A stretch of DNA of 64,000 nt. It comes from Octopus vulgaris (lineage: Eukaryota). The notes below the pieces were generated by a model, which saw only the letters and a program-made list of their open reading frames with translations, was not told the origin of the DNA and searched no databases. The stretch lies in contig OX597839.1 of the NCBI GenBank assembly GCA_951406725.2, positions 35,030,001 to 35,094,000 of the forward strand. Direction: 5' to 3'. The translations under genes and the position numbers were made by a program. Below are positions 27,210 through 39,649 of this stretch, one piece after another (the first letter of the stretch is position 1; every line of letters starts with the position of its first letter).

Positions 27210-27971
27210 TTTCATTATTTCATTTCTTTTATTTCTCACCTCATTCCACACAGATATCCAGCCGAACCCCTTTCTTGGGCACCCTTAGTGAAACCCGCTT
27301 CGTTGTATGCATTCAGAGCAAGATCTTCTCCAACCTAACGATAACATGATTTTCTCCCTTCTTTCGCAAGTCTCAGAATCCTTTTAAAAGGGACATGAAA
27401 ATTTTTTTGCCCTTATTCTCATCATTATCGTCTTTGTTTAATGTCTGTTTTCCATGCTGGCATGGGTTGGATGGTTTCACTGAGGACCTGCGAGCCAGAT
27501 GGCTGCACCAGGTTCCAATCTTAATCTGGCAGAGTTTCTACAGCTGGATGCCCTTCCTAACGCCAACCACTCCGAGAGTGAAGAGGGTGCTTTTACGTGC
27601 CACTGGCATGAGAGCCAGTCAGGCGGTACTGGCGACGGCCACGCTCAAATGGTGCTTTTTGTGTGCCATGTGCACGAGGATCCAGTCCAGCAGCACTGGC
27701 AACGACCTTGCTCAAATGTTGTTTTTCACGTGCCACCGGCATAAGTGCCAGTGAGGCGACACTGGTTACGATCACACCCGAATGGTGCTTTTTATGTGCC
27801 AGCAGCACAGAAACCAGCCAGTGGCCCTGGCAGCGATCACGCTCAGATGGTGCTTTTAACGCTATGTTTATATAATCCTTTAAAACAAAATCTATGTTTT
27901 GCACTGTTTTACAGCTATTAAATGTATGTGGCCCAGTGGTAAGAAGGCTTAGATCATAATTGAACGATCTG

Positions 27972-28126
27972 GTTGTAAGTCAATTTTGTCATAAGTCAAT
28001 TTGGTCATAAGTCAATTTGGTCATAAGTCAATTTGGTCATAAGTCGATTTGGTCATAAGTCAATTTGGTCATAAGTCAATTTGGTCATAAGTCGATTTGG
28101 TCATAAGTCGATTTGGTCATAAGTCG
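27972..28126. repeat. 16-bp minisatellite (GTCATAAGTCRATTTG) x ~9
   Basis: Directly visible tandem array. Confidence 0.9.
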
Positions 28127-28705
28127 GCCTATAGGTCTATATAGCTTTGTTTTATATTTTTACATCCTTAAGGTACATTCTCAGGTAAATGTCACGCACA
28201 GTATTCTGTATTATACTATTCTACTGGCGTTACTAAAAGATTTCGGGGTCTCAAGCAAATACGAGGTTGCCTCAATGTTTCCATGACAGGATATTCATCC
28301 AACACTTGGGATAACCACAGTGGTGATCGATACCCAAACCTAGGGTAAGCGTTTGTTAGCTGGCATCACCTGTAGACAGGTTAATTTCCAAGAAATTAAA
28401 CCCATTAGGTTTCAATTGGACTATTTATTATTGCTGCCGGGAGCTGGCATGCCAATTATCGTAAAGTCGATCTGTCATAAATCAGATAAGTCATAAGTCA
28501 ACAACGACCCATATATTGGCTTGTTCACAATACTTTATTGTTAATAGCAATTATTGTACCATGCAGACTTATCCTTATCCCTGGCCAATTATGCTTAGAC
28601 TTGCCTCTGCTGTAGTATGGCCACAGATGCAAGACAGTTGTTTTATACATATCTAAAAATACAGTAAATTACGATTTTTAAATCTCGCAATATGAGATAT
28701 TTAGC

Positions 28706-28877
28706 AACAGTATTTTGTAGTAAAGATTGTTTGCCAACATAACATGGCAGTCCTGGTTTAGGACAAATGTTGCTGTAATTTAGACAATGTCTCCTAGGGT
28801 TAAATAACAGCAACATTCGTCCTAAACCAGGACAGCCATGTCATGTTGGCAAACAATCTTTATTATAAAAATACAGT
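28706..28877. repeat. Intronic inverted repeat / palindromic MITE (~75-bp arms)
   Basis: aaagattgtttgccaacat...tcctggtttaggac...tgttgctgt pairs with acagcaacatt...gtcctaaaccagga...atgttggcaaacaatcttt. Confidence 0.75.
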
Positions 28878-29142
28878 ATTATTTAGAATGTGTTTTCAAA
28901 AATGTGCTGTTGTATTTGATTTAGTATTTCCCAAGTTTTTGTAGCATTTTATGAGCATTTACCAGAATATTCTTCAATTATTTGAAATCTAATATTTTTC
29001 CTTTTCATTTCTGTTCTATTTCATATTGCATCATGGAACTATTTTCATGTAATTCCAAAAAATTTCACTCCATGGTAAAAATAACAACAATAACAAAAAA
29101 TAAAATAAAATAAACAAAACAAATCCACAAAAACAATAACAG

Positions 29143-30258
29143 GAATTGTGTGAGAAAGAAACGGACAGCGATTCCAAACCGGAAAATAACTTGGTTTTAT
29201 CTGGCCTTAGTCTCAAAGACAACCCGTCAAGAAACAATAAACAAGACATCAAGATTCTGATGCGCAACGTGTCCAATTTAAGGTACCTCCTTCAGAAACA
29301 TGCTGCTACCATCAGCCGCCAAGAATTCTTGGATGCCAATAGGAAAATCCAACAGCTTAATGAGGAAATGAAGAAAAAGACTCGGAAATCTAAGAATTCT
29401 GAAAGCGATGGGAGTAAATCTAAGAAAGGCAACAGCAATGGTGTCAGCAGCAGCAGTAGCGGCGTCAGCAGTGAAAATAGCAACAACAGCAGCAGCAGCA
29501 GCAGCACCAACAGCGATGACAATAGTGATAGTCAGATGTCTAAAGACTCCATCTATGCTCAAATAAGCAAACGAAAGAGCAGCCAAGCCAACAAAATAAC
29601 CGATGCCCTCATCAGCAATGGAGCAGTGAACCTTCCCCGAGTGTCGTCAAACAGCAGCATGGAATCGTTTCATGCAATCAGCGCCAAAAGACAAATAAGC
29701 AAAGAGCTAAAGTGTAGCATAATTGATAATGAAGACACAGAAGGTGAGTTCCAGGCCGAAATTGAATTTTTGGATGAAAACGATGACGTGTTTTACACAA
29801 ATCAGTTGGGTTCTAACTTGAGGGGTCCTATGATCCCTGGTGTCACGGTGGTTTCGATACCGGATTCGACCAATAAAGCAAGAAAGAAGTCTAACATGAA
29901 GAGAGACTCCGAGAAAGTTTTGTCACCCGGGCGACAAGTTCGGTTCAGCGAACCAACAGCGGCACTTGCCGTGGCATCGACGCCGACACCTTCAGAGCAA
30001 TCTTACTCTGGAACCATGGAGATTCCAGTGCGACGCCATTTCTTTTACCAGAAACCAAGCTACCAGCAAGACTGGACACCAACGGCGCGCAGTGACATCG
30101 TTCGAAGGTCAAACTTGAAAACTCATGTTCTCAAACCAATCGAACGTGTTTATCCGAACCCGACCTACCGGACGTATGCCCCGTCAAATGATTTTCGTCC
30201 AAAACTAAACTCAGAGCTTTATTACCAATATGAGCCCAGCTTTGTAGACACTTATTAG
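29143..30258 (+). CDS. Terminal coding exon 3 (371 aa, mostly disordered, short predicted coiled coil, linear motifs)
   Basis: AG at 29141-29142 with an in-frame TAA just upstream; phase 0 continues ELCEKETD... as a 1.1-kb non-repetitive ORF ending ...EPSFVDTY*. Confidence 0.8.
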   Translation, partial: ELCEKETDSDSKPENNLVLSGLSLKDNPSRNNKQDIKILMRNVSNLRYLLQKHAATISRQEFLDANRKIQQLNEEMKKKTRKSKNSESDGSKSKKGNSNGVSSSSSGVSSENSNNSSSSSSTNSDDNSDSQMSKDSIYAQISKRKSSQANKITDALISNGAVNLPRVSSNSSMESFHAISAKRQISKELKCSIIDNEDTEGEFQAEIEFLDENDDVFYTNQLGSNLRGPMIPGVTVVSIPDSTNKARKKSNMKRDSEKVLSPGRQVRFSEPTAALAVASTPTPSEQSYSGTMEIPVRRHFFYQKPSYQQDWTPTARSDIVRRSNLKTHVLKPIERVYPNPTYRTYAPSNDFRPKLNSELYYQYEPSFVDTY

Positions 30259-32091
30259 TACCCGCAATTCCATTGGAGCATCAAGTTGAAGCAACAAATG
30301 TATATATGTATGTACAGGCATACAACACTGAAAATAAAACACAATACAATACACAGTCAAAAGAAATACTAACTCTGAGAGGTTTTTGGTGAGAGAGGTC
30401 TTCTCTTGTTCCATCATCAAAACTATTTTCATGGGAAATTAAAAATAACTTCAACACCATGAATCCTAGCACTGCCGATATCTCTACCTCCAGATCTTCA
30501 CAAAAAATAAACAAACCATAATGCTTTCTAATGAACTGGAATGAAAGAAAGACTTATGAAAAGAAATATATTGATAATTGACCAGTTTCGTATTGGTTGC
30601 TAATTAATGATAATTAAACTGGTTTTGGTCATAATGGCGAAGAAAGTTTTGAGACCTTTGACTGTTGATAGCATAACAGAAAATAGGTTCTTGTTGTTAC
30701 TAACCGTGTCCATGGTTCATAGCTGATTACAAAAAGGTAAAAAGAGGAAACGTGTTGCTAACAGGACAAAGTGGGCCTCTAAGTGTTGACCACAAAGAAG
30801 AAAATAAGTATGGTGTTGTTGCTTTCTCAGAACATGAAGACATCGTTTGAGCCAATCATGAAGTACAATGTCAACATCAAAAATTGTTGCAGCAATTAAT
30901 TGTTGCTAATCTGGCAGAGCACCTTTCTTCCAAACTTCACTGCAAATCACTGAACTGAGAAACACAAGGTTCAGTCCTTTGTAACGGCACCGCATCAATG
31001 CACCCATCATGGGACACTAAAGATTTTGTGTTTCCTCAACCGAAACAACAATATCCTACATACAAGGAACAAACAACAAAAATAACATGTTTACTAGTAA
31101 AACTATACATATCACTAAATTATTACAATTAAGCATAAACCAACGAAAAACATGGACACATGCTGCTAACGAATGCTGTTAACTAATTACCGCGTTTAAT
31201 AGTATATAAAACATACTTTATTTTCTGGAAAAGTGTCTCAAACAATCATCCATCCTGGGTCCTATATATAAAGTAGGGACTATATCACCTGCTTTTATGA
31301 ATTAAAAAAAATGTTCTTTTCAAAATGCTCTGTTGAAATCAGGGTACGCCTAATATACCTGTGCTATCAAATGTGGCAGGTGATTATGTCAAGTTTATTA
31401 AGAACTGAAGGACTTCTAAGAGCTGTTGGTACTTAGGTTCAAAACAGAAGGCAGCAAAAGACTATTGGAAGTGAAATCTTCTGATGAAATGGTTATTGTT
31501 CCCATGACTTGGATGAACTGAAGAAATGTAGAATAAATGTTGTCCCAGAAAGGCATTGAATTTCCTGTGGGTGATTTGAACCTTTAATGCATGAATAATG
31601 TTAACATACAAGATAATAATGGAAGAATGGTGCTGGTTGTTATAAATAAACAGAAAAATAGGATTGTTGTTGTTATTGTTGTTGTTGATAACAAAGAAGA
31701 CAGCACATACGTTATGTCAATAACACATTAAATGCGCGCTTAATAATTGAAGATTGGTAATTAAGTTTGTTGTTAATAACAAACTATGAGTGATTGTTCA
31801 TTTTCTTTTTTTATCAAAAATTAAAAAAAGTAAAGGACAAAGACAGTCAAAGGAGTCAACCCCGGAAAAATTTGAAGTTGGAAGAGTCTGTTGTCGAGTC
31901 TGAGTCTGATTAAATCTAAACAGAAAGAAATGTGATGCAAGGTTGATTTTAAAAAGAAACAAAAAAAAAAAATCATTTCCTTCGTCCCTGCCCCTTGAAA
32001 ACAAAAACCCTCCAATAATGTAAGTCTTCCACATCTGTTCCAACTGAAAATTGTAATTTAATTTAACAGAACACAACACTTCCCAGTGGCC

Positions 32092-32350
32092 GTCAGAAAC
32101 TATACCCGACACGGAAAGAAGATCACAAACAGCTGACTTCGTCAACCAAAAGTTATTGCAGCCAAGCTTCAGAGGAGTTTCAACAATGCGAGGAAGGACC
32201 GACGGAGTGTTATGTCGAAAGTCAGAAACTATACCCGACACTGAAAGAAGATCACAAACAGCTGACTTCGTCAACCAAAAGTTACTGCAGCCAAGCTTCA
32301 GAGGAGTCTCAACAATGCGAGGAAGGACCGATGGAGTGTTATGTCGAAAG
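32092..32350. repeat. 129-bp tandem duplication
   Basis: 32092-32220 is repeated at 32221-32350 with a few substitutions. Confidence 0.9.
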
Positions 32351-32614
32351 TACACAGTTGTAGTTTCCCATATGACATGCTGTTGTTAGTCATGTTAGTA
32401 TTCATTGTACTAGACATGGGTGTTGACAGAGTGTCATACATGTTGTGGCATCATGTGATGGTAATGTGACATTTCATGATAATTGACATAATTATTACGT
32501 GACAGTGTATTGACAAAGAACTACGTTTATTGTTGCACTTGACATGAAAATGACAAACTACAACACGACGGGATTTTGACATGATATCATATTGACAAAA
32601 ACATTACATGTTAA

Positions 32615-32831
32615 CCATTTAGCATTCAGATTATTACTGTCAAATGTGGTGTTTATTCACATTATTTTGAATTAATCATGCATCATCTCATAGCTTTGAG
32701 ATTTTGATGATGTAATTGTTTATTTTTAGAATGACATTTTAGGTTAGGTTTGAGAAACAAGATCTAGCTGGTTTAAATATAAAACAGACAGGATATCTTG
32801 TCCAAAAATAGCCAGATTAGATATTAAAGAG
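32615..32831. mobile_element. piggyBac-type MITE
   Basis: TTAA duplication at 32611-32614 and 32832-32835; imperfect TIRs ccatttagcatt / gatattaaagag. Confidence 0.6.
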
Positions 32832-34876
32832 TTAAATGACAACATGATGTTGACATAAAATTTTCAATGAAATTATGTTGACATGTTTCAAATGACATGG
32901 TATTGACATCATGTGATGGTTATGTCAATGCACTATGTAGAATTGACATGAAATTATATCACATGGTATCGGCATAACATTACATTACATGATATCAATA
33001 AGCATTGACATCAGATAGTAACGGCATGACATGCTGTCAACATTACATGATGTAGTATTGACATAATGTTACATGACATAATTTTGACATGACATTGACA
33101 TGGTATTACATTGACCCAGCATTACATAACATAACATTCCTGTCACATGATATTGATGCAAAATCACATGACATGGTGTTATAATTCAGAAGCTAACATC
33201 TTGAAAATATTTCGGCTATTCATAACATGCAATTATCCCTAATTAGCATTTAGCACCAAACTCATTAGAGCTTTGTATGTCAATAAAAAATCCAGCATTT
33301 CACATCGGCGCTCCACTAGCTCATACCTTTCAGCCTTCTTCATTTCGACAAAAGTACTGACAAGATACAATTCAAGATCAATATTTGAAGAAGAAGACAT
33401 GTGTAACTGGTTGAATTGAGCCCCCCATGTATAACTGGTACTCACTCTGTCTTTATTTTTATGGAGAAACAAAAGCAAAGTTAACTTTGGTGAGATTTAA
33501 ACTAAACTAAAAAAAATAAGAGGGCAGAACCGTGTTTTGGCCAACTGACTGTCATCATTGCACCATAAATATTAACAAATCACCAAACACTGATGAAGAG
33601 GAAACCAATCAATTCACTTACTAAAGAAATCATTATTATTATCATTAACGATAATAAAAATAATCAGACAACAACAATATCAACAATATAACAATAATAA
33701 CAATGAAAACACCAATAATAATGACAAAAGTAGCCAAACAAGAGGAAACTATACAGTCACTGGAAATGTTAGAAATAGCAGTCAAATTTCTTCAAATCAC
33801 ATCCTACCACTTTAGAAAATGAAGAACGTAGGTCTGGTCAACCAGGCTTGACCAGGGGCTAATCAACAACAACAACAACACCAACAGCAACAACAAAGGC
33901 TAAAAAAAACAAAATGACAACTGTGATAAAAACAAAAAGAAAGAAATAATCTACTGCAACAGCAACAACAACAACAACCTTTGTCAGAGTATCAACAATA
34001 CATAGTAACAACAACAACAACAACAGCAGCAGCAGCAGCAACAAGCACGGTCATTATACTAATAAGCCATTCTATAACAACAATAATGCTAATGACCATT
34101 GTAACATGAAGAACTAAAGTGACCCCTGGCAACCATAACAACAACACAAATAAAAATAATTAAAAGAACTGCAATAAAATATCAAAAGCAACAACAATGA
34201 CATACCAACAAAAAAAAAATCAGAACAAAAACATTGTAAAAAAAAAGTGTAAAAATTGTATATTGAACTCATTATTTTTTTTTGATTACAGATCTATATT
34301 TTGAGAAATTATTGATTCATTAATTCATTGATCCTGTTCTTGTGTCTTCTCTAATACCTTATTCCTGTTATTCCCACCCACCCTTAACTACAAATAATTA
34401 ATGTGTTCTTATCTTTGATATCATTAATTAATATACATGCTTAAAATAGTCTTAAATTAAAATATTTGTATTTTAATCAAAAGCTGTTTCAAGTGTATAT
34501 ATACGAAATGAATTTTAACTTTGCACAAACCAGTAAATGTTTCATTTATTGATTTTCATATCAGAATAAGCATTTTTGGCTTAGCTCAGAACATTTGGGG
34601 CATTATTTGTAACTGAGGGGACTGAATCATGGCAAAACACTGGTGTCTGATGGTCCCCCAGCATTCTGAGAGAAGCCCAGTGTTTTTAACTTTTAGAATT
34701 TTCACAGAGGCAAAATATTATACCATTCCACATTCATATATATATGATGTTTATATATGCACTGTAAAGGGTATACATTTTGGTGGTATTAGCATTAATA
34801 TTTTTCACTAGTTAAGCATTTGAAAACCAATTTCAGGTTGCTGAAGGATTCCCTTGGAATAATGAATCAATGAATT

Positions 34877-34916
34877 TGTAAATATTTCAAAGAATAAAAA
34901 CGCTTTCTCTTTTGTG
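34877..34916 (+). terminator. Candidate distal polyadenylation signal (proximal alternative AATAAA at 30333-30338)
   Basis: TGTA at ~34877, AATAAA at 34893-34898, followed by U/GU-rich tttctcttttgtgt; dense microsatellites and young SINEs resume right after. Confidence 0.4.
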
Positions 34917-34948
34917 TAATATACATATATGTATACACATACAGACAG

Positions 34949-34985
<37 letters not shown>

Positions 34986-35405
34986 TGTGTGTGTACATAG
35001 AGATATATGTATATAAATGTAGATGCTGTATAGCCTAATGCTTAAGAAGTTTGTTTTTGCAACCACGAGGTTCCAGGTTCAAATCCCAGTGCATGGCATC
35101 ATCGGCAAATATCATATTTGATGGCCCTGAGTGATTCCATACATTGTGAGTGTATTCCGGTAAATGGAAATCCATTGGCTGGAATATACCGGAACTCGGA
35201 AGCATACAACCTTGTCGCACACATACTGTGTCATGCTGAATCTACCTGGGAATTATATTAAGGGTGCACAAGTCTATGGTATACTCAATCACTTACACAT
35301 TAAATCAAGAGCAGGTAATTCAGTTGAGATCAGATGACTGAATCAGACACTGGATATCCACCATGTATATATAAAAGACAAACAGTATGTATATGTGCGT
35401 GTATG

Positions 35406-35458
<53 letters not shown>

Positions 35459-36025
35459 ACACCCTTGTTGTATCTTGAATTTGAGAAATTGCCCAATAGT
35501 ACACAGCATGCTATACAGGCCTGCCGATCTATACTATTATCATAAGCATGAAACTTATAGCAGCTCAGTTTTAAATTCTGTGTATATTTATGTGTGTGCA
35601 TGTGTCCATGAATGTATCAATGTATATAAATAATTCTAAATGTGTGTGTTTGTGTGTGTGTGTGTGTGAGAGAGAGAGGGAGAGAGAGGAAGCAATAGGG
35701 ACTGCAGTACTCATCCATAACTCTCCATATACATGGAAGGATACCACATTCCAAGCGAAAACCAGGAGGGCAACATAAACATAATATCTGGTAATATATA
35801 TATATATATATATAAGCACATGTAAATAAAACTGTATTTAATAATCTTAGCTGTCACCAAGCATAGAGTTGCACTTATGTTTTGAAACAACTATGAATGT
35901 ATATTTTTTTGAAAAAAAAACAAAAATAAATTTTTTTTTAAAGCTGCAAAATAAATTTTTTAAAAATAATTACTCTGTAATTTGTTTTTATTTATTTATG
36001 TGTGTGGGTGTATGCATATGTGTGT

Positions 36026-36083
<58 letters not shown>

Positions 36084-36165
36084 CATTACTATTATCATCA
36101 TCATCATCGTTATCATCATCATCATCATCATCATTATCATCATCATCATCATCATTATTATTATT

Positions 36166-36197
<32 letters not shown>

Positions 36198-36216
36198 TAT
36201 CATTATTATTATTATT

Positions 36217-36257
<41 letters not shown>

Positions 36258-36264
36258 TATTATT

Positions 36265-36296
<32 letters not shown>

Positions 36297-36312
36297 TATC
36301 ATTATTATTATT

Positions 36313-36347
<35 letters not shown>

Positions 36348-36385
36348 TATTATTATTATTATTATTATCATTATTATCATGATTA
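36026..36385. repeat. (ATT)/(ATC) compound trinucleotide microsatellite
   Basis: Direct observation; related tracts at 44090-44470 and 46284-46572. Confidence 0.95.
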
Positions 36386-36497
36386 TTTTGGGTGAGTCAG
36401 CCTCTGACATCTCTAAGTTTCGCTTGTGAGTGCACAAAGTTTCCAGGCAAGTTACAGCTGGAGAAGTAATGGAATTTGCACACACCCACATATATAT

Positions 36498-36548
<51 letters not shown>

Positions 36549-36954
36549 CATGACAAGCTTCTTTCAGTTTCCGTCTACCAAATCTACTCACAAGGCTTTG
36601 GTCAGCCTGAGGCTATAGAACAATACACTTGCGCAAGGTGCCATGAAGTGGGACTGAACCTGGAACCATGTGCTTTGGAAGCAAACTTCTTATTGTACAA
36701 CCGCACCATACAAACAAATATATATATAGTCTCGCAACACAATCGTGTAAACACTAGCAATAATCAGGGCATTCTGAGTTAGAGAGTATAGAAGGTTGTT
36801 GCCGGGGCGTAGTTTTGCAATGCTGTCATTGTCAACACAGATCGATCTGTGGTAAGTGTAATACGGGTCATAGATGAGTGTCCCATGTTACCTCATCATC
36901 ATCATCATTTAATGTCCATTGTCCATACTGGCGCAGGTCATATGGTTTTGCTGT

Positions 36955-37263
36955 GTGGAGGCACATGGCCTAGTGGTTAGAGCAGCGGACTCGCGGTCGA
37001 GGGATCTCGAGTTCGAGTCTCAGACCGGGCGATGTGTGCGTTTATGAGCGAAAACACCTAAGCTCCACGCGGCTCCGGCAGCAGAAGGTAATGGCAAAAC
37101 TTCTGCTGACTCTTTCGCCACAACTTTCTCTCGCTTTTTCCTCCTGCATCTTGCAGCTCACCTGCAACGGACCGGTGTCCTGTCCAGGTGAGGAACCTAT
37201 ACGCCAAGAAACTGGGAAACCGGCCCTAATGAGCCAGGCATGGCTTGAGAAGGAACAAACAAA
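36955..37263 (+). mobile_element. tRNA-derived SINE family 4
   Basis: A box TGGCCTAGTGG and B box GAGTTCGAGTCT. Related heads at ~63654, 41428 and 48155 (+) and ~14430, 19825, 47315 and 59075 (-). Confidence 0.75.
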
Positions 37264-39308
37264 AATATGGTTTCACTGGGCTGGCATGCTGGAAGGCTGC
37301 ACCAGGCTCCAGTCTGATTTGACATGGTTTTTTATGGCTGGATGCCCTTCCTAATGCCAACCACAACATAGAGTATATTGGGTGCTTTTATGTGCCACCG
37401 ACCGGCATGGGTGCCTTTTACGTGACACTGGTATCTGCCACAACTGCAGTTTTGCTTGACTTGATGGGTTTTCTTCTCAAGCACAACATAATCGTTTCTA
37501 CTCTAGGCACAAGGCCTGAAATTTTTGGAGAGGATCCTGGTCTATTAGATCAAACCTAGTCATCATCATCATCGTTTAACGTCCGCTTTCCATGCTAGCA
37601 TGGGTTGGACGATTTTGAGTGAGGGCTGGCAAACCAGATGGCTGCACCAGGCTCCAATCTGATCTGGCAGAGTTTCTACAGCTGGATGCCCTTCCTAACA
37701 CCAACCACACCAAGAGTGTAGGGGGTGCTTTCTACGTGCCACCAGCACGGGGGCCAGTCAGGCGGTACCGGCAATGACCTCACTCGAATCTTTTTACACG
37801 TTCCACTGGCACAGGTGCTAGCGAAGCGACGGTACATAACTGGTATTTAATTTACTGATCCCAAAAGGATGAAAGGCAAAGTCGACCTCAGAGGAATTTG
37901 AACTCAGAACATAAAGACAGACAAAATACCACTAAGCATTTCGCCCCATGCTAATGTTTATTTCTTTACTGCCCACAAGGGGCTAAACACAGAGGGGACA
38001 AACAAGGACAGACAAATGGATTAAGTCGATTATATCGACCCCAGTGTATAACTGGTACGTAATTTATCGACCCCGAAAGGATGAAAGGCAAAGTCGACCT
38101 CAGCGGAATTTGAACTCAGAATGTAACGGCAGACGAAATACCTATTTCTTTACTACTCACAAGGGGATAAACACAGAGGGGACAGACAAACGGATTAAGT
38201 CGATTATATCGACCCCAGTGCGTAACTGGTACTTATTTCATCGGCCCCGAAAGGACGAAAAGGCAAACTCGACCTCGGCAGAATTTGAACTCAGAACATA
38301 ACGGCCCAAACACAAACCTGGCTCTAATCCAGACCCAGCCTTGATCTAACTGATTGTAAAGCAAGTTTCTTAACTATGCAGGTATGTCGATGTCACACCT
38401 GGTTATTTAATCGTTTCGAATACTAATTAATTAAACAAGTTGCTGCATTGATGCTATTAAAAGGTTTTCTTTGTGTGACTCATGTAGAATAAATTTCTGA
38501 AGTCTTGTATGATTATGTTAATGATTAATAATAACGAGAATGGTTCCCAGGATGGGTGGGAAAAAAAAACAAAACTAATTAGGTGTTCCAGATTCGACAT
38601 CAATTCTTACTGACCTGCTTTGGAGTCTGTGGGTTTTGTTTTTATTTCAGGTTGTATGGTCAAGATACATTTCACACACACACACACACACACACATGCA
38701 TGCACACATAGATATGGATACACACTCAAAGACAGACACACATATACATGCACACAGATGTGGGCAAACATATACATACACATACACACACACAGATATA
38801 GGAACATGCACAAGGATAGACACATTTATACACACACATAACTATGGGCTAACACATATACACACACAGAGATATGGACACGCAGATAGATACACATATA
38901 CACACACATAACTATGGGCTAACACATATACACACACACAGATATGGACACGCAGATAGACACATATACACACACATACACTCACACACACACACACACA
39001 CACACTCACACATACACAGATATGGAGACACAGATAGACACAAATACACACACACACACACACACACAGATAGACACGAATATACGCACATAAATGCTTA
39101 CACACTTACATACAGATACACTAATGTACACACACATACACACAGATTTATACACACACATACACACAGACATATGGACACACATGTACATGCTTGTATA
39201 GACACACACTTGTACACAACACATGTACATACACACACCCACCCAAGGACACATATGTTCAGCCACACATTCATGCACGCATATATGCAAACACACACAA
39301 ACATAGAT

Positions 39309-39339
<31 letters not shown>

Positions 39340-39407
39340 GATACTCTCTCTCTCTCACACACACACAAACATAGCTACTCACACATAAACATACACACAC
39401 ACAGATA

Positions 39408-39444
<37 letters not shown>

Positions 39445-39500
39445 ATACTCACACATACACACACACACAGATACTTACACATACACACACAGATACTCTT

Positions 39501-39538
<38 letters not shown>

Positions 39539-39649
39539 AGATACTCTCTCTCTCTCTCACACACACACATAGATGTACATGCAGACGCATTAATGTACAT
39601 ATACACAGAACAGACAGACAACCACTGATCAGACACACCCACATGTACA

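Noticed and set aside
31798-32355. 185-aa minus-strand ORF
   Set aside because: Its length is due to the 129-bp duplication and T-rich sequence; no recognisable domain or splice support.
33590-33612. CTGATGA...GAAAC resembling a hammerhead (also ~439-465)
   Set aside because: No stem I/II/III pairing around the core.
36955-37030. tRNA-like sequence with A and B boxes
   Set aside because: No complete cloverleaf; it continues into a dispersed repeat body, so it is a SINE head.
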